In this document: piece by piece, positions 44,801 to 55,974 of the stretch
Layout: every line of letters begins with the position of its first letter
Numbering within the stretch: position 1 is the stretch's first letter
Assembly (NCBI GenBank): GCA_002104945.1
Contig: MCFH01000002.1
Span: 1,488,001-1,552,000, forward strand
Reading direction: 5' to 3'
Source: Piromyces finnis finn
Lineage: Eukaryota; Fungi; Neocallimastigomycota
Length of the DNA: 64,000 nucleotides
Made by a program: the position numbers and the translations under genes
Notes under the pieces: generated by a model
What the model saw: only the letters and a program-made list of their open reading frames with translations
Databases searched by the model: none
What the model was told of the DNA's origin: nothing

Positions 44801-45494
44801 AGTTCAACACCCATCATTAAAAGAATTAATTCCAAAAGAAGATCCAATGTTAGTTAAGCGTCCATACAAGGCTATTAAGGTTCCAGTTTTCAGTTGGACT
44901 CGTTTAGCTGGTGCTGATCCAATGCTTTCTGTTGAAATGTCTAGTACAGGTGAAGTTGCTTGTTTCGGTCGTGATGTTCATGAAGCATACTTTACCTCTA
45001 CCTACAGTAACCATAACAACTTCAAAAGTCTTCCAATTCCAGCCAATTCAGGTATTTTAATTGCTCGTGATCGTTTAACTGACAATCAAGAATTTAAATA
45101 TATTGCAAAGAAGCTTGTAGAACAAAATTATAAGATTTACGTTGATACCAAGGAATCTCAAGATATTTTAGCAAAAGAAAAAATAAATTCTAAGATTTTC
45201 ATTGATGGAAACTTATCAGAAAAATTACAAGATCGTCGTTTCTGTAAACAAAAGTTTGAAGATGAAGATGTTCAAATGGTTGTCTCTTTAGCTCGTGTTC
45301 GTCCTGGTAGATTAGATGACAAGGATTATTTAATTCGTCGTGTTACTGTTGATCTTGGTGTTGGTATTATTAACGATTCTAAGGACGCTATTCTTTTCGT
45401 AGAAGCCTTAGAAAAGTACAATAATGGTGAATACAAGAAGCAACATGCTACTGTTGATTGGGAAGATTGGATTAGTAAAGCCAAGAAGAATTAG
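41838..45494 (+). CDS. CPA2: Carbamoyl-phosphate synthase large (ammonia) chain, arginine-specific, with N-terminal presequence
   Basis: [30 protein letters not shown], two ATP-grasp domains ([21 protein letters not shown]) and [20 protein letters not shown]. There are no GATase, DHO or ATC domains, so it is not CAD/Ura2. An extension of about 85 aa rich in Ser/Lys/Leu precedes the catalytic start. Confidence 0.96.
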   Translation: [1218 protein letters not shown]

Positions 45495-45989
45495 ATTAAA
45501 TAATAATACATAAATTTTAGATTCGTTTTTATTTTTCTTCTTATTTTCTTATTTACATAAATTATTATAAACAATATTAAATATAAAGCCAAAAAAAAAA
45601 AAAAAAAGAAAACATTAAATTAATTTAGTTTACACATTATTTAAAATATATTTTTATAAAAATAAAACCTTTTTTTATTTGTAGATTGATTATAGAAATT
45701 AATCAATTTAAAAACGAAAGAAAAAATAATTATTAGTATTTAAATAAACTATAAATATATAGAGATTAAAATTAATAATAATAATAAAAATAAATTAATA
45801 ATTGTAATATTTTTATTTCAATAAAACATATAAAATATATAATTAAAAAATATAAATATTAAATTGTTGGAATTTTTCAATACCATTAAAGTGCATAGTT
45901 TTATATTTTTATATTTATATACCAGAAAATATTTGAAAATTTTCTTTGAAAAAAAGTTTTTTTCATAATAATCATGGTTATTTTATAGT

Positions 45990-46106
45990 AAATCAAATTA
46001 AATCGGAAAGTATCTCCATATTTGATAGTTACTGCGGAACTTGAAAATAATCAGGTAAATATTAATGTGTATGTGTATGATTATTCTAGTGTGTGCAATA
46101 AAATAT
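45990..46106 (+). mobile_element. Older LINE remnant (left half of interrupted host copy)
   Basis: gttactgcggaactt resembles 47878-47892, and aatattaatgtgtat...gattattctagtgtgtgca matches 47716-47749. Confidence 0.8.
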
Positions 46107-48312
46107 ATATTTGGCCTTTTTAGATCTCAGGAAAGCATACGATTCAGTCCCAATCGGTAATATTCTCCATAAATTAGATTGTTTAGGAATCCGAGGTAAG
46201 AGTTTACAATTTATCAAAAATTTATATTTAACATCTAAGGCTAATGTCAAATTAGATGAACAATTCTCGAAATCTTTTGATGTGAAGAAAGGAGTCCGTC
46301 AAGGATGCCCTCTTTCTCCTATTCTCTTTAATCTCTTTATTAATGATATATTTAAAGAGTGCGAAGATCTAGGAGTCAGTTTAGGTGACACTCGATGCTG
46401 TGGTGGACTTTTTGCAGATGATATAGTTATTTGTGCTCCAACAAAAGGATGCTTAAAAAAGATGTTTAGAAGTGTTAATGAATGGGCATTGTATAATGAA
46501 ATGGAATTTGGTATCCAGAAATGTTCAACGATGGTGATTCGTCCTGAATCAATAGAAAATCAGAACAAGAGAGATCCAACATTTTACTTAGCAGGACAAC
46601 CCATTCCAACTACTGATTGCTATACTTATCTTGGTGTTCCATTTGATAAGAATCTGTCCCTTAAACCAGTTATTAAAGCTCTTAATAACAAAGTTTTGAA
46701 AGGACTTTTTTCAGTCAGTAAATTCTTAAGAAATCCTAATATTCCTATTCCTTTCAAAAAGCTAGTACTTAACTCACAAGTAATCAGCAGAGTTTCATAC
46801 TTTGCACCATTACTTGGATCCAACAAAGCTAGGTCTAGGATTGCTCAGAAGCATGTTAACAAAGGAATACGATGGGTTGCCGGAGTTCATAAAGCTGTAT
46901 CGTTTATATCTTTATACTCTATCTCAAAAGATTTGAATATTCCTCCATTGTCAGCCAAATGTGCGTTAGCTCAGGTTAGATGTTTTAACAAATAGAAAAA
47001 CTCAAATTGTATTATCTCACACCTTGTCAATTACATTCCTAAATTTAGAAAATACACGTGGTGCAAATCAAGTAGGACACTTGATAAAAAACTAAAGAAA
47101 CATGGAGATGTTAAAGCAGTTAAAAACTTTTATTGGAAAGATCTCAAAGGGAATTCAATCAAAGCGCAATATTATGATGATAATAAATTTATTGAAACTA
47201 AATATTTTATTAAATTATGTTATGAGTACCCAGAGTTTGCCTATGGCTTCTGCTGGCTATTGAAAGCAAGAAGCGGATATAAGTTGGATGCTAGAGTTGC
47301 CAAAGCTGCTAAATTTGTTGATCCAGTTTGTCCTAACTACTGTCCATGTTGCAAGTGTGGTGTTCAAAGTATTAAACATTGGTTATTAGATTGTCCAACA
47401 TTTAGAGATATCCGTATTAAACATTATGATTCCATAGTCCAGCTATTAAATTTTTTCAGTCAACGTAATTCCAATAGTCCTATCAATAATAATTACAATG
47501 GTTATAGTAACAATAGTACTAATAACAATAATAGTAGTAGAAATAATAATATTAGTAATAATAACAATAATAGTAATAGTAATAATAGAAATAGTAATAA
47601 TAACAATAGTAGTAATAGAAATAATAATATTAGTAATGATAGCAATAGTGATGATAATAATTCTAATTTAGATAGTAATTTAGTTAATGATAGTAATAGT
47701 TCTAATAATCCGGTGAATATTAATGTGTATGATTATTCTAGTGTGTGCAGTAAAATATTTAAATTCCTTCTTGGGGGAAGAAGTTTTAACAATATTAATT
47801 ACAATTCAAGGGAATGGAAAGAATTTTGTAAGCGTCAGATTCAATCTGGTACTAACGAAGGAACACCATTCTTGACGGTAACCGCGGAACTTCTAACCAA
47901 AATCATGCCTTTTGCTATTGGCCAGCAATGGTCAATGTTCAAAAGGTTTGAAGCAACATCCAAGAGCGTCAATGCTGAAGAAACAGTAAGACAGGCCAGG
48001 AGGGCCAGCGCAACCAATGGAGATCATAATTTTGTCCCATGATAAAATTTTGATTTTTGGCTCGGTGTCCCATTGGAAGTCAAATACAATTATTATACTT
48101 TAGTATGATAGTGGCTTTCTTACTTTAATTAAAATTACTAGAATACATTATACCCAATTTTTATTCATTTGTGTTTATTTAAACATATTTTTTTTTATTT
48201 TTATTTTTATTTTTAATTTTTTTATTACATGTATTATAATTTTAATTAAATTAATAATAAAGTTTAAAATATTTGATGCCGTTAAAAAAAAAAAATAAAA
48301 AAAAAAAAAAAA
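46107..48312 (+). mobile_element. 5'-truncated non-LTR retrotransposon (RT + CCHC), with poly(A) and 13-bp TSD
   Basis: RT motifs FLDLRKAYD, GVRQGCPLSP.LF and LFADD, and YLG. A single TAG at 46993 interrupts one frame that continues to CPCCKCGVQSIKHWLLDC and stops at 48042. Tail A12-T-A16 at 48284-48312; TSD TGCAATAAAATAT at 46094-46106 and 48313-48325. Confidence 0.95.
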
Positions 48313-48445
48313 TGCAATAAAATATTTAAATTCCTTCTTGGGGGAAAAAGTTTTAACAATATCAATTATAATTCAAGGGAATGAAAAGAACTTTGCAAGT
48401 GTCAGATTCAATCGGGCATTTACGAAGAAACACCACTTTTGACGG
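48313..48445 (+). mobile_element. Older LINE remnant (right half of interrupted host copy)
   Basis: Continues the host sequence from the TSD, matches 47746-47878 and breaks abruptly at ttgacgg. Confidence 0.85.
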
Positions 48446-48770
48446 ATCCCCTTGGGAGCATGCCTTCATTTATTTAATAAATAAAGTTTCTCAAGGGGCT
48501 TTACTCATTCTCATGGTACTGAGAAAGTAGAAATAAACCCAAGTATTGCCCAATGGATGCTTGGTTAGTCTTTATAGGGAAAAATAAAAGGACTAAACTC
48601 ATGGTACTGAGCGATTAAAAAAATTTGTTCATCGAATTTAAGTATTAGATGGATAAGTTGAATGTTTGATATTTAGGGTAAGTTTGTATCATATTTAATT
48701 AGAAGAGTAATACATTTTGTTGCTGTATTTTTTCTTTTATTCATGTATTCATGCGGTATTACTCTTCTCT
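48446..48770 (+). other. Highly base-paired segment, probable 5' region of LINE copy 2
   Basis: Stems at 48448-57/48489-98, 48539-46/48557-64, 48565-70/48591-96 and 48701-13/48756-68. The 14-mer CTCATGGTACTGAG occurs at 48510 and 48598. Confidence 0.6.
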
Positions 48771-49189
48771 TGTAAGAATCCAATGTAGTCAACTTTAGCA
48801 TTTGCATTGTATTTTTATATTCATGTAGTTATTGTTTAATTGTTTTCTGTAAGAGATTGATTTACTTTACATCATGTAATAATACTATTTACAATCTTTC
48901 TGGTGTTAACTTTCAATTTTGTTTTAAAATTTTACCCATTTAAATATTTAATGGAAAGTAAAGTCAAATAATTTTTGTGTAAAAAAGCAAATTAAATTTA
49001 CTAACAATAAAACCTAGAATTAAAAAGAAAATTTATAACAAGAATTTCAAAAGAACCTTTAATCAAAGCATTGAAACAATTTTTTGTACTATAGAGATGA
49101 AGATTTTTTTCCCATATACATTACATTTATAATTTTTTATCAGTATTTATTTTATATTCAATTTATTTTTAATTAGAATTAATTATCAT

Positions 49190-51290
49190 GTCAGTCCTTT
49201 ATATTAAAGATAAGAGATATCAGACGTGGAACCCGCTCTTATGGTATCCCCTTAAATGATTGTATTAGCTCCTTTTTTATCCGTGGTATTTGATCATGAT
49301 CAGTTAGTATGCTATGTAAAAAACTCTGAAGGATAAATTTAATTCAATTATTAGTGTTAAATATTTTAAGAATTTCAACCTCGACATTCAACAATTAATT
49401 CTAATAGTTCTATCAACTCTGATAACAGTTCAATAGTTGATAGTTCTTCAGTTATACAGCTTTCTAATAATAGTTCAACTAATTTTTCTGACACATCATC
49501 CATTAATAATGATGACTTTAATAGCAACAAGCCCGATAACTTTTCTTTTTGTCTTAGTTGGAACATCAATGGGTGAAATTACAAAAAGAGAGATAGTATT
49601 AGTTATTTCACGGATATTTTCAAACTATTACTTTTATATTTTCAAGAAACTTGTAATGATTCTGGATCGAATACAGAGTATTCTTGTCGTATTACTTTAT
49701 GAAACTATAGACATATAGACACTTTTTCAAGAAAGCTGATGAATCAGTTCCGGGAATGAGAGGTTTATATTTAGGTATTCACAATTCGTGTCAAGCCTCA
49801 CTTGAAAACTTCTTTGGAAAGTATATTATTTCTATTTATACTTTTAGTCTTTGGAATAGATTCAAATGCTCCATTGGAAATGTTTATATGCTTCATAGTC
49901 ATCACAACATCTATGTTGATCATGTAAAAGTTAGAAGTTCGCTTGTGGTTACAAACTCACTCATCCCATCTATCGATTCTTGTTGGTGATTTTAATATGT
50001 CTAAAGTAAAATTATCCAACTGGTTATCAACTAATGGATTAGGAAATTGGGAAATTCTTCCGCTTAGAGGGTCTACTATCTCTTGGACTCGAGGTGATCA
50101 ATCATCCGACATTGGCCATACTCTTGTTAATTCGAAGACGAAAGATCTTAACTCAGGATTATTTATAGATGATTTTTATCATCTATAAATGACCCAACAA
50201 AGCTAGGTCTATAATTGCTCAGAAGCATATTAACAAAGGAAATTCAATCAAAGCTCAATACTCTGACGATAATAAAGATTTTATTAAATTATGTTATGAG
50301 TACCCAGAGTTTGCCTATGGTTTCCACTGACTATTGAAAGCGAGAAGCGGATACAAGCTGGATGCTAGAGTTGTAAAATCTGCTAAATTTGTTGATCTAG
50401 TTTGTCCTAACTACTGTTCATGTTGAAAGAGTGGAGATCAAAGTATTAAGTATTGATTATTAGATTGCCCAACATTTAGAGATATCCGTATTAAACATTA
50501 AAATTCCAACTATTAAATTTTTATAGTCAACGTAATTCCAACAGTCCTATCAATAATAATGAAAATGTTAATATCAGTAGAGATAGCAATAATAATAATA
50601 GTAATAGTAACATTAATAATAATAATAATAGTAGTAGTAGTAGCAGTAGTAGTAGTAATAATAATAATAATAATAATAATAATAGTAGTAGTAGTAATAG
50701 CAATAGTGAAGATAATAATTCTAATTTAGATAATTATTTAGTTAATAATAGTAATAGTTCTAATAATCTGGCGAATCTTAATGAGTATGGTTATCCTAGT
50801 GTTTGCAATAAAATATTTAAATTCCTTCTTAGGGGAAGAAGTTTTAATAATATCAATTACAACTCAAGATAATGGAAAGTACTTTACAAGTGTCAGATTC
50901 AATCGGGCACTTACGAAGGAACACCGTTCTTGACGGTAACAACGGAACTTTTAACAAAAATCATGCCTTTTGTAATTGGCCAGAAACGGTCAGTGTTGAA
51001 AAGGTTTGAAGCAACATCCAAGAGCGTCAATGCTGAAGAAACAGTAAGACAGGCCAGGAGGGCCAGCGCAACCAATGAATATTATAATTTTGTTCCATGA
51101 CAAAATTTTGATCTTTAAGACCAATTACTATACTCTAATATAATTTTGACCTTCCTATATTAATTAAAATTACTAGAATACATTATACTCTTTTTATTTT
51201 ATTCATTTTAAATTTTTATTTTTTAATTTTAAATGACATATTATAATTTTATTAAACTATTAAAATAAAGGTTTTAAACAAATTGCTGCC
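49190..51290 (+). mobile_element. Degenerate LINE copy 2: APE endonuclease remnant, RT deleted, C-terminal region and 3' UTR
   Basis: SWNING, FQET, ILVGDFN and SWTRGDQSSDIGH (APE motifs, with stops and frameshifts). From about 50190 it aligns to copy 1 (46821-46866 fused to 47152 onward) through a shared 3' UTR ending tgccg. Confidence 0.9.
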
Positions 51291-54200
51291 GCCTCTTATT
51301 ATTCAGTAATGTGTAATATTTAATAAGTTTAAACAGAAAATAAAAAATAAAAAGATAATGTAACAAAAAAAACATATTAATAAATTCTACTGAAATTATT
51401 ATATCCTTTTCAAATTTTAAAAAAGATTTTTAGAAATTAATATTTTATAATTATTTTTAAAAATTTAATTAATTATTTTTATTAATATTTTAATAATAAT
51501 GAATAAAATATATTAATTATAAAGGAGGTTTTGATAGATGGAAAAAAAATCAATTATAAGAATTTATATTTAAGAGAAGATAATATTTGATGATTAGGAT
51601 AAATTTTCTAAGCAAAGTTTATGCTTAAAATAAGAATGATAAAATTTTGTATTTATTCATGTTTCCTCAACAAAATATTTGACATGTAACAAATATATAT
51701 TTTATTATATTTTTATATGTTACATATTACTTATATGTTTAAAAGCTAATTACATATTATTCATATATTATGAATATTAAATTTTTATAATATAAAAATA
51801 TAATATATAATTGATATTAAAAAATTAATACTTATACTAAATGATATTATAAATCTACATTTAATATATTATATTAAAGAATATAATTAAATATGTATAT
51901 TTATTCTATAATTAATATATATACTATAAATTATAATATATATCATTTATTACATGAATTAAAAATTTTTAAAAATTAAAAATTATTTTAAACAAAAAAA
52001 ATACTATATATCACGAATTTAAAAAATAAAATATTTCTTTCTCTTTACGAATTCACTCAACATAGTTTCTATATCATTTTATTTTATTTTAAAATATTAA
52101 TTTTTAATATTGTTAAAGAAATTATATTTGGTATAATTTAATAGTAATAAAAACTTGAGTATTATTAGCTTTCCTCATTTGGGTTTGTTTTACTATGATA
52201 CATTTTATGAAAGTAGATTTTTTTTTTTCAAGGAAAATTTCTGACAACATTAATATAATTTTAGTATATTTGTATTAATTAAAAAAAAGAAAAATAAATG
52301 GTAATATATTAATTAAAATTGGTAATGTTTCTTTTATTTTTTAAATATCATTTTATGGCTTTTCTTATGTCTTTTTTTAATTAAAATAAAAAAATTCATC
52401 TCAAAAAAACTTTTTATATTTCCATTGAAAATTTATGGAATATAGAGATTTCACTTACTTTTATCTAAATTCTATTATGTTTTTATAGAATTTTTTATTT
52501 ATTTATTTTTTATTATTTCTTTTTTAGATGATTCAAATTTTTTAATTGCGGCTCCTTTAATTTTTATTTCATTATATAATGTGAATAATCATATTAAACA
52601 TTAATTAATAGAGTTCTTTTATTTATATTGAGTGATGTAGTACAAAAACTTTATATATTTGTTTATACTTTAATATATTGTATATAAATTAATATTTATA
52701 TTGAAATATTTTAAGATATTAAATGAAAATTTTAAAATTCACAAATTAAAAATAAACTTTATAATAAAAATAAAAAAGGATAAATTTACCTACCATAAAC
52801 ATATTTATTAATATGAAGCCATTGATAAATTTAAAATTGATTAATTTAATTTATTATATATTAATTTTTATATTATAAGTTAATATTTATAAATGTATTG
52901 CCTATAAGAAAAAAAGAATTTTATTTAAAATAAAAAGAGATAATAATTGTATACATTGCTTAATTGTATACATTGTTGATGTATCTTTTTTAAAATAACA
53001 AACCTAAATTAAAAAAGTCTTTTATATAAGAAAGTTATTAACATTTTAATAATGATTGATAATATATTATAATGTAAACTATCAATTTACCTTTAATATA
53101 TTACATTAAAATATTGTTATCTTTTTTTTTCTCAATATCATAAATATTTGTGTATTTTTTTGAATATTTTTCAAAAATTTTAAAAAAAAAAAAGAATTCA
53201 ATATAAATTAAAATTGATTTTTAATATAAAAAATCAATTTAATATTAGAGTTAAATTAATATTATAATATATTATAATATTAGAAAAATATATAAAATAA
53301 TTGAAATATATTAAAAAAAAATAAAACAAAAAATATATAAACTTTGAGATTAATTTATTCAAATTTCTTTATTTTTATTTATTTATTTATATAATTATTT
53401 ATTCATTCATTCATTTATACACACTGATTTTTGTAAAAATTTAATTAGTCAAGATTTTTTTTTTTATTATCATCTGAAAGTTAAACACACAAAATTTTTA
53501 TTTTATTTTATTAATTTTTTTTTTATCTATTTTATATACTATTATTTTTTAATTTTATTTTTTTTTTTATTTTTTAATTCGATTTAATTGGCAAATTGAT
53601 TATTATTCAAAAATTTAATATAATAGAAATACTCTTTAAAATTTATAAAAATGAATTTTAATAAAAACTAAACTAAAAGAAAAAGAAAAAACTATTAAAT
53701 TCAGTTATAATACATATATCTAGAATTCATAATAAATTTCAATAGTTTTAATTAAACTATCTTAATTCAAGTTCAATATATATCAAAATAGAAAGTATAT
53801 TTTTAAATAATAAAAAAAAAAAGGTAAATATAGCAAAAGTAAATATATATACATATATATTATATTTTTTATTTTATTTTATTTTTTTTTTTTTTTTGAA
53901 AAAAAAGGTGTTAAAAAATTATTTTATAAAATATTAGTTTTATAATACCATAAAAAATAAAATGAAAGTATTAATAATATAAAAAAAAATAGTAAAATAA
54001 AGACATTTAAAACAACGACAAAAAAAGAAAAGAAGTTAGAATTTAAAATAGGAGTTATAACTTTTTTTGTAATTGCTAAAATTAAAATAAATGGGTCATT
54101 TTAAAATAAAAATGATATACAAACAAACATAAAGACTTAAATTAATATATATTATTTATTTTTATTTATAAACAACTTTTAGATATATAGACTGATAAAA

Positions 54201-54429
54201 TTAAAGAAAATTAAAATAAAAAAAAAACTATCATAATTGTAATAAATATAATTGTCATAACTATCAATCAACGAATTTTTTAATAAATAGCATATCAATA
54301 TATCAATATATTTTATAGTATTCATAACAACAATTCATATTTACTAAATTTTGGAAAGAAAACAAAACTTTAAAGCAATCATTTATATAACATTAGTAAA
54401 TCATAATTTATATATATAATAATCTAAAA

Positions 54430-55383
54430 ATGAATGATTTTAATTGCGGTTCTGGACCAAGTCCAATTTCTGAAAGATTAACATTATTCAACGAAATTGT
54501 TCGTCTTTCTAAAAAGAAAGAAGAAAAGGCAATTGTTGAAGATTTTACATATCAAAATGTTAGAGTTGTAGAATTAGTTGCTGTTTTGAATTATATTATT
54601 GCATTATATAATTTCGGTCTTCCTGTAGACAATTTATATTCAATTATTGAAGCATACGAGCAAGTTAAAGAAAAATCTGGTAGCTGCTATTTTTATATTT
54701 TAGAGTTTATAGAAAATCGTTTTAAAAGTATTCACCCTGTACTTTTAATGTTAGATCGTTATACTAAAAGTATTTACAAACTTTTAAAAGATGAAGGACA
54801 AATGATTGGAAAATTTCAATTTTACGTCATGGCTAAAGCAATTGCTTCATACCAAGTTGCTACGCAAGATGTAATAGATTACTTAGCAAAATGTTTAAAC
54901 CAATGCAATAAAGAGTTATCAAATAAAGCAAGGTTTAGTTCTAGTTCAATAACTACACTTATTTCAAATAAAAATATTGAAAACACCAATTTTGTAGAAA
55001 TAACTGAAAAAATAGAAATGGAAAATAAATATCATAACAGAATTAGTAACAGTAGTAGTAACAGTAGCATAAGAACAAGAAGAAATACTTCAATAAAAGA
55101 AGAATCAAATGATGATGATACCTTAATAGATAATACAGAAACTAATGAAAACTCGAATTCATCAACACCAATACCTGCAGCTGATAAGATGAATACTACA
55201 TCTGTGAAAATGGAATTACCAATTAATGAAGAAAATGATATATTTAATATCAATATAGAAAAGAAAAGTATGATATATGAATGCATTACTTCATTAAATG
55301 TTTATTCCAAATTTCATAATATAAAATTTGATATTCCTTTCTATCCATCAGATGAATTAATAGAAAAAATTGAAAACCTTTAA
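54430..55383 (+). CDS. Uncharacterised intronless 317-aa protein
   Basis: Long ATG-initiated ORF with balanced composition in otherwise stop-rich DNA. Helical N-terminal 170 aa, Ser/Asn/Thr linker, short C-terminal domain. Confidence 0.7.
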   Translation: MNDFNCGSGPSPISERLTLFNEIVRLSKKKEEKAIVEDFTYQNVRVVELVAVLNYIIALYNFGLPVDNLYSIIEAYEQVKEKSGSCYFYILEFIENRFKSIHPVLLMLDRYTKSIYKLLKDEGQMIGKFQFYVMAKAIASYQVATQDVIDYLAKCLNQCNKELSNKARFSSSSITTLISNKNIENTNFVEITEKIEMENKYHNRISNSSSNSSIRTRRNTSIKEESNDDDTLIDNTETNENSNSSTPIPAADKMNTTSVKMELPINEENDIFNINIEKKSMIYECITSLNVYSKFHNIKFDIPFYPSDELIEKIENL

Positions 55384-55974
55384 ATCTCAAAGCATATTAA
55401 TTTATTATTATTTTCTACATACATTATATGGTAAAATTAAATTTTTTATTTTTTATTTTTTTTTTTTTTTTTAAAAAAAAAAGAAAATAAAGAATAAGTA
55501 AAATCATTCATTTTTATTCTGATTAAATATATCCATTATTATTATTATATCATTTTAATACAATACATAATATATACTAATTAAATTTAACTTAATTTAA
55601 ATCAAATAGAAAAATAAAAAAAAAAAAAAAAAACTTTTGATTTTTTTTTTAGAAGTATTTTTTTTTCCTCTCTATTTACTAATATTTATTTCAAGTTTTG
55701 TTATTGCTTATTTTGTTATAAACTCATTAGAAAATTTACTTGTTTAATATTCTTGATAAACAAAAACAATAATAATAATATAAAATAAATTTAGAATTAT
55801 ATAATCATAATTATATTTTTATTTTAAATTAAAACTTTTCGTTTATTTTAATATTATTTATAAAACTATATTATTATAATAATAAAAGAGCATTATGCTT
55901 TATTTTTCTTTTTAAAAATAATAATTAATAAATAAATAAATATAAATATATAAAATATATAAATATATAATATT

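Noticed and set aside
41838-45494. Intronless CPS as possible bacterial gene transfer
   Set aside because: The sequence motifs are eukaryotic CPA2-type, and it has a presequence and host-like codon usage.
48495-48585. TPP riboswitch resemblance (GGGG...CTGAGA...ACCC...TAGGGAA)
   Set aside because: The conserved UGAU/P5 GNUAAU/AGCG pyrophosphate-binding elements are absent, and there is no thiamine gene context.
53208-53240. 12-bp AT-only hairpin
   Set aside because: Expected by chance or slippage at this base composition.
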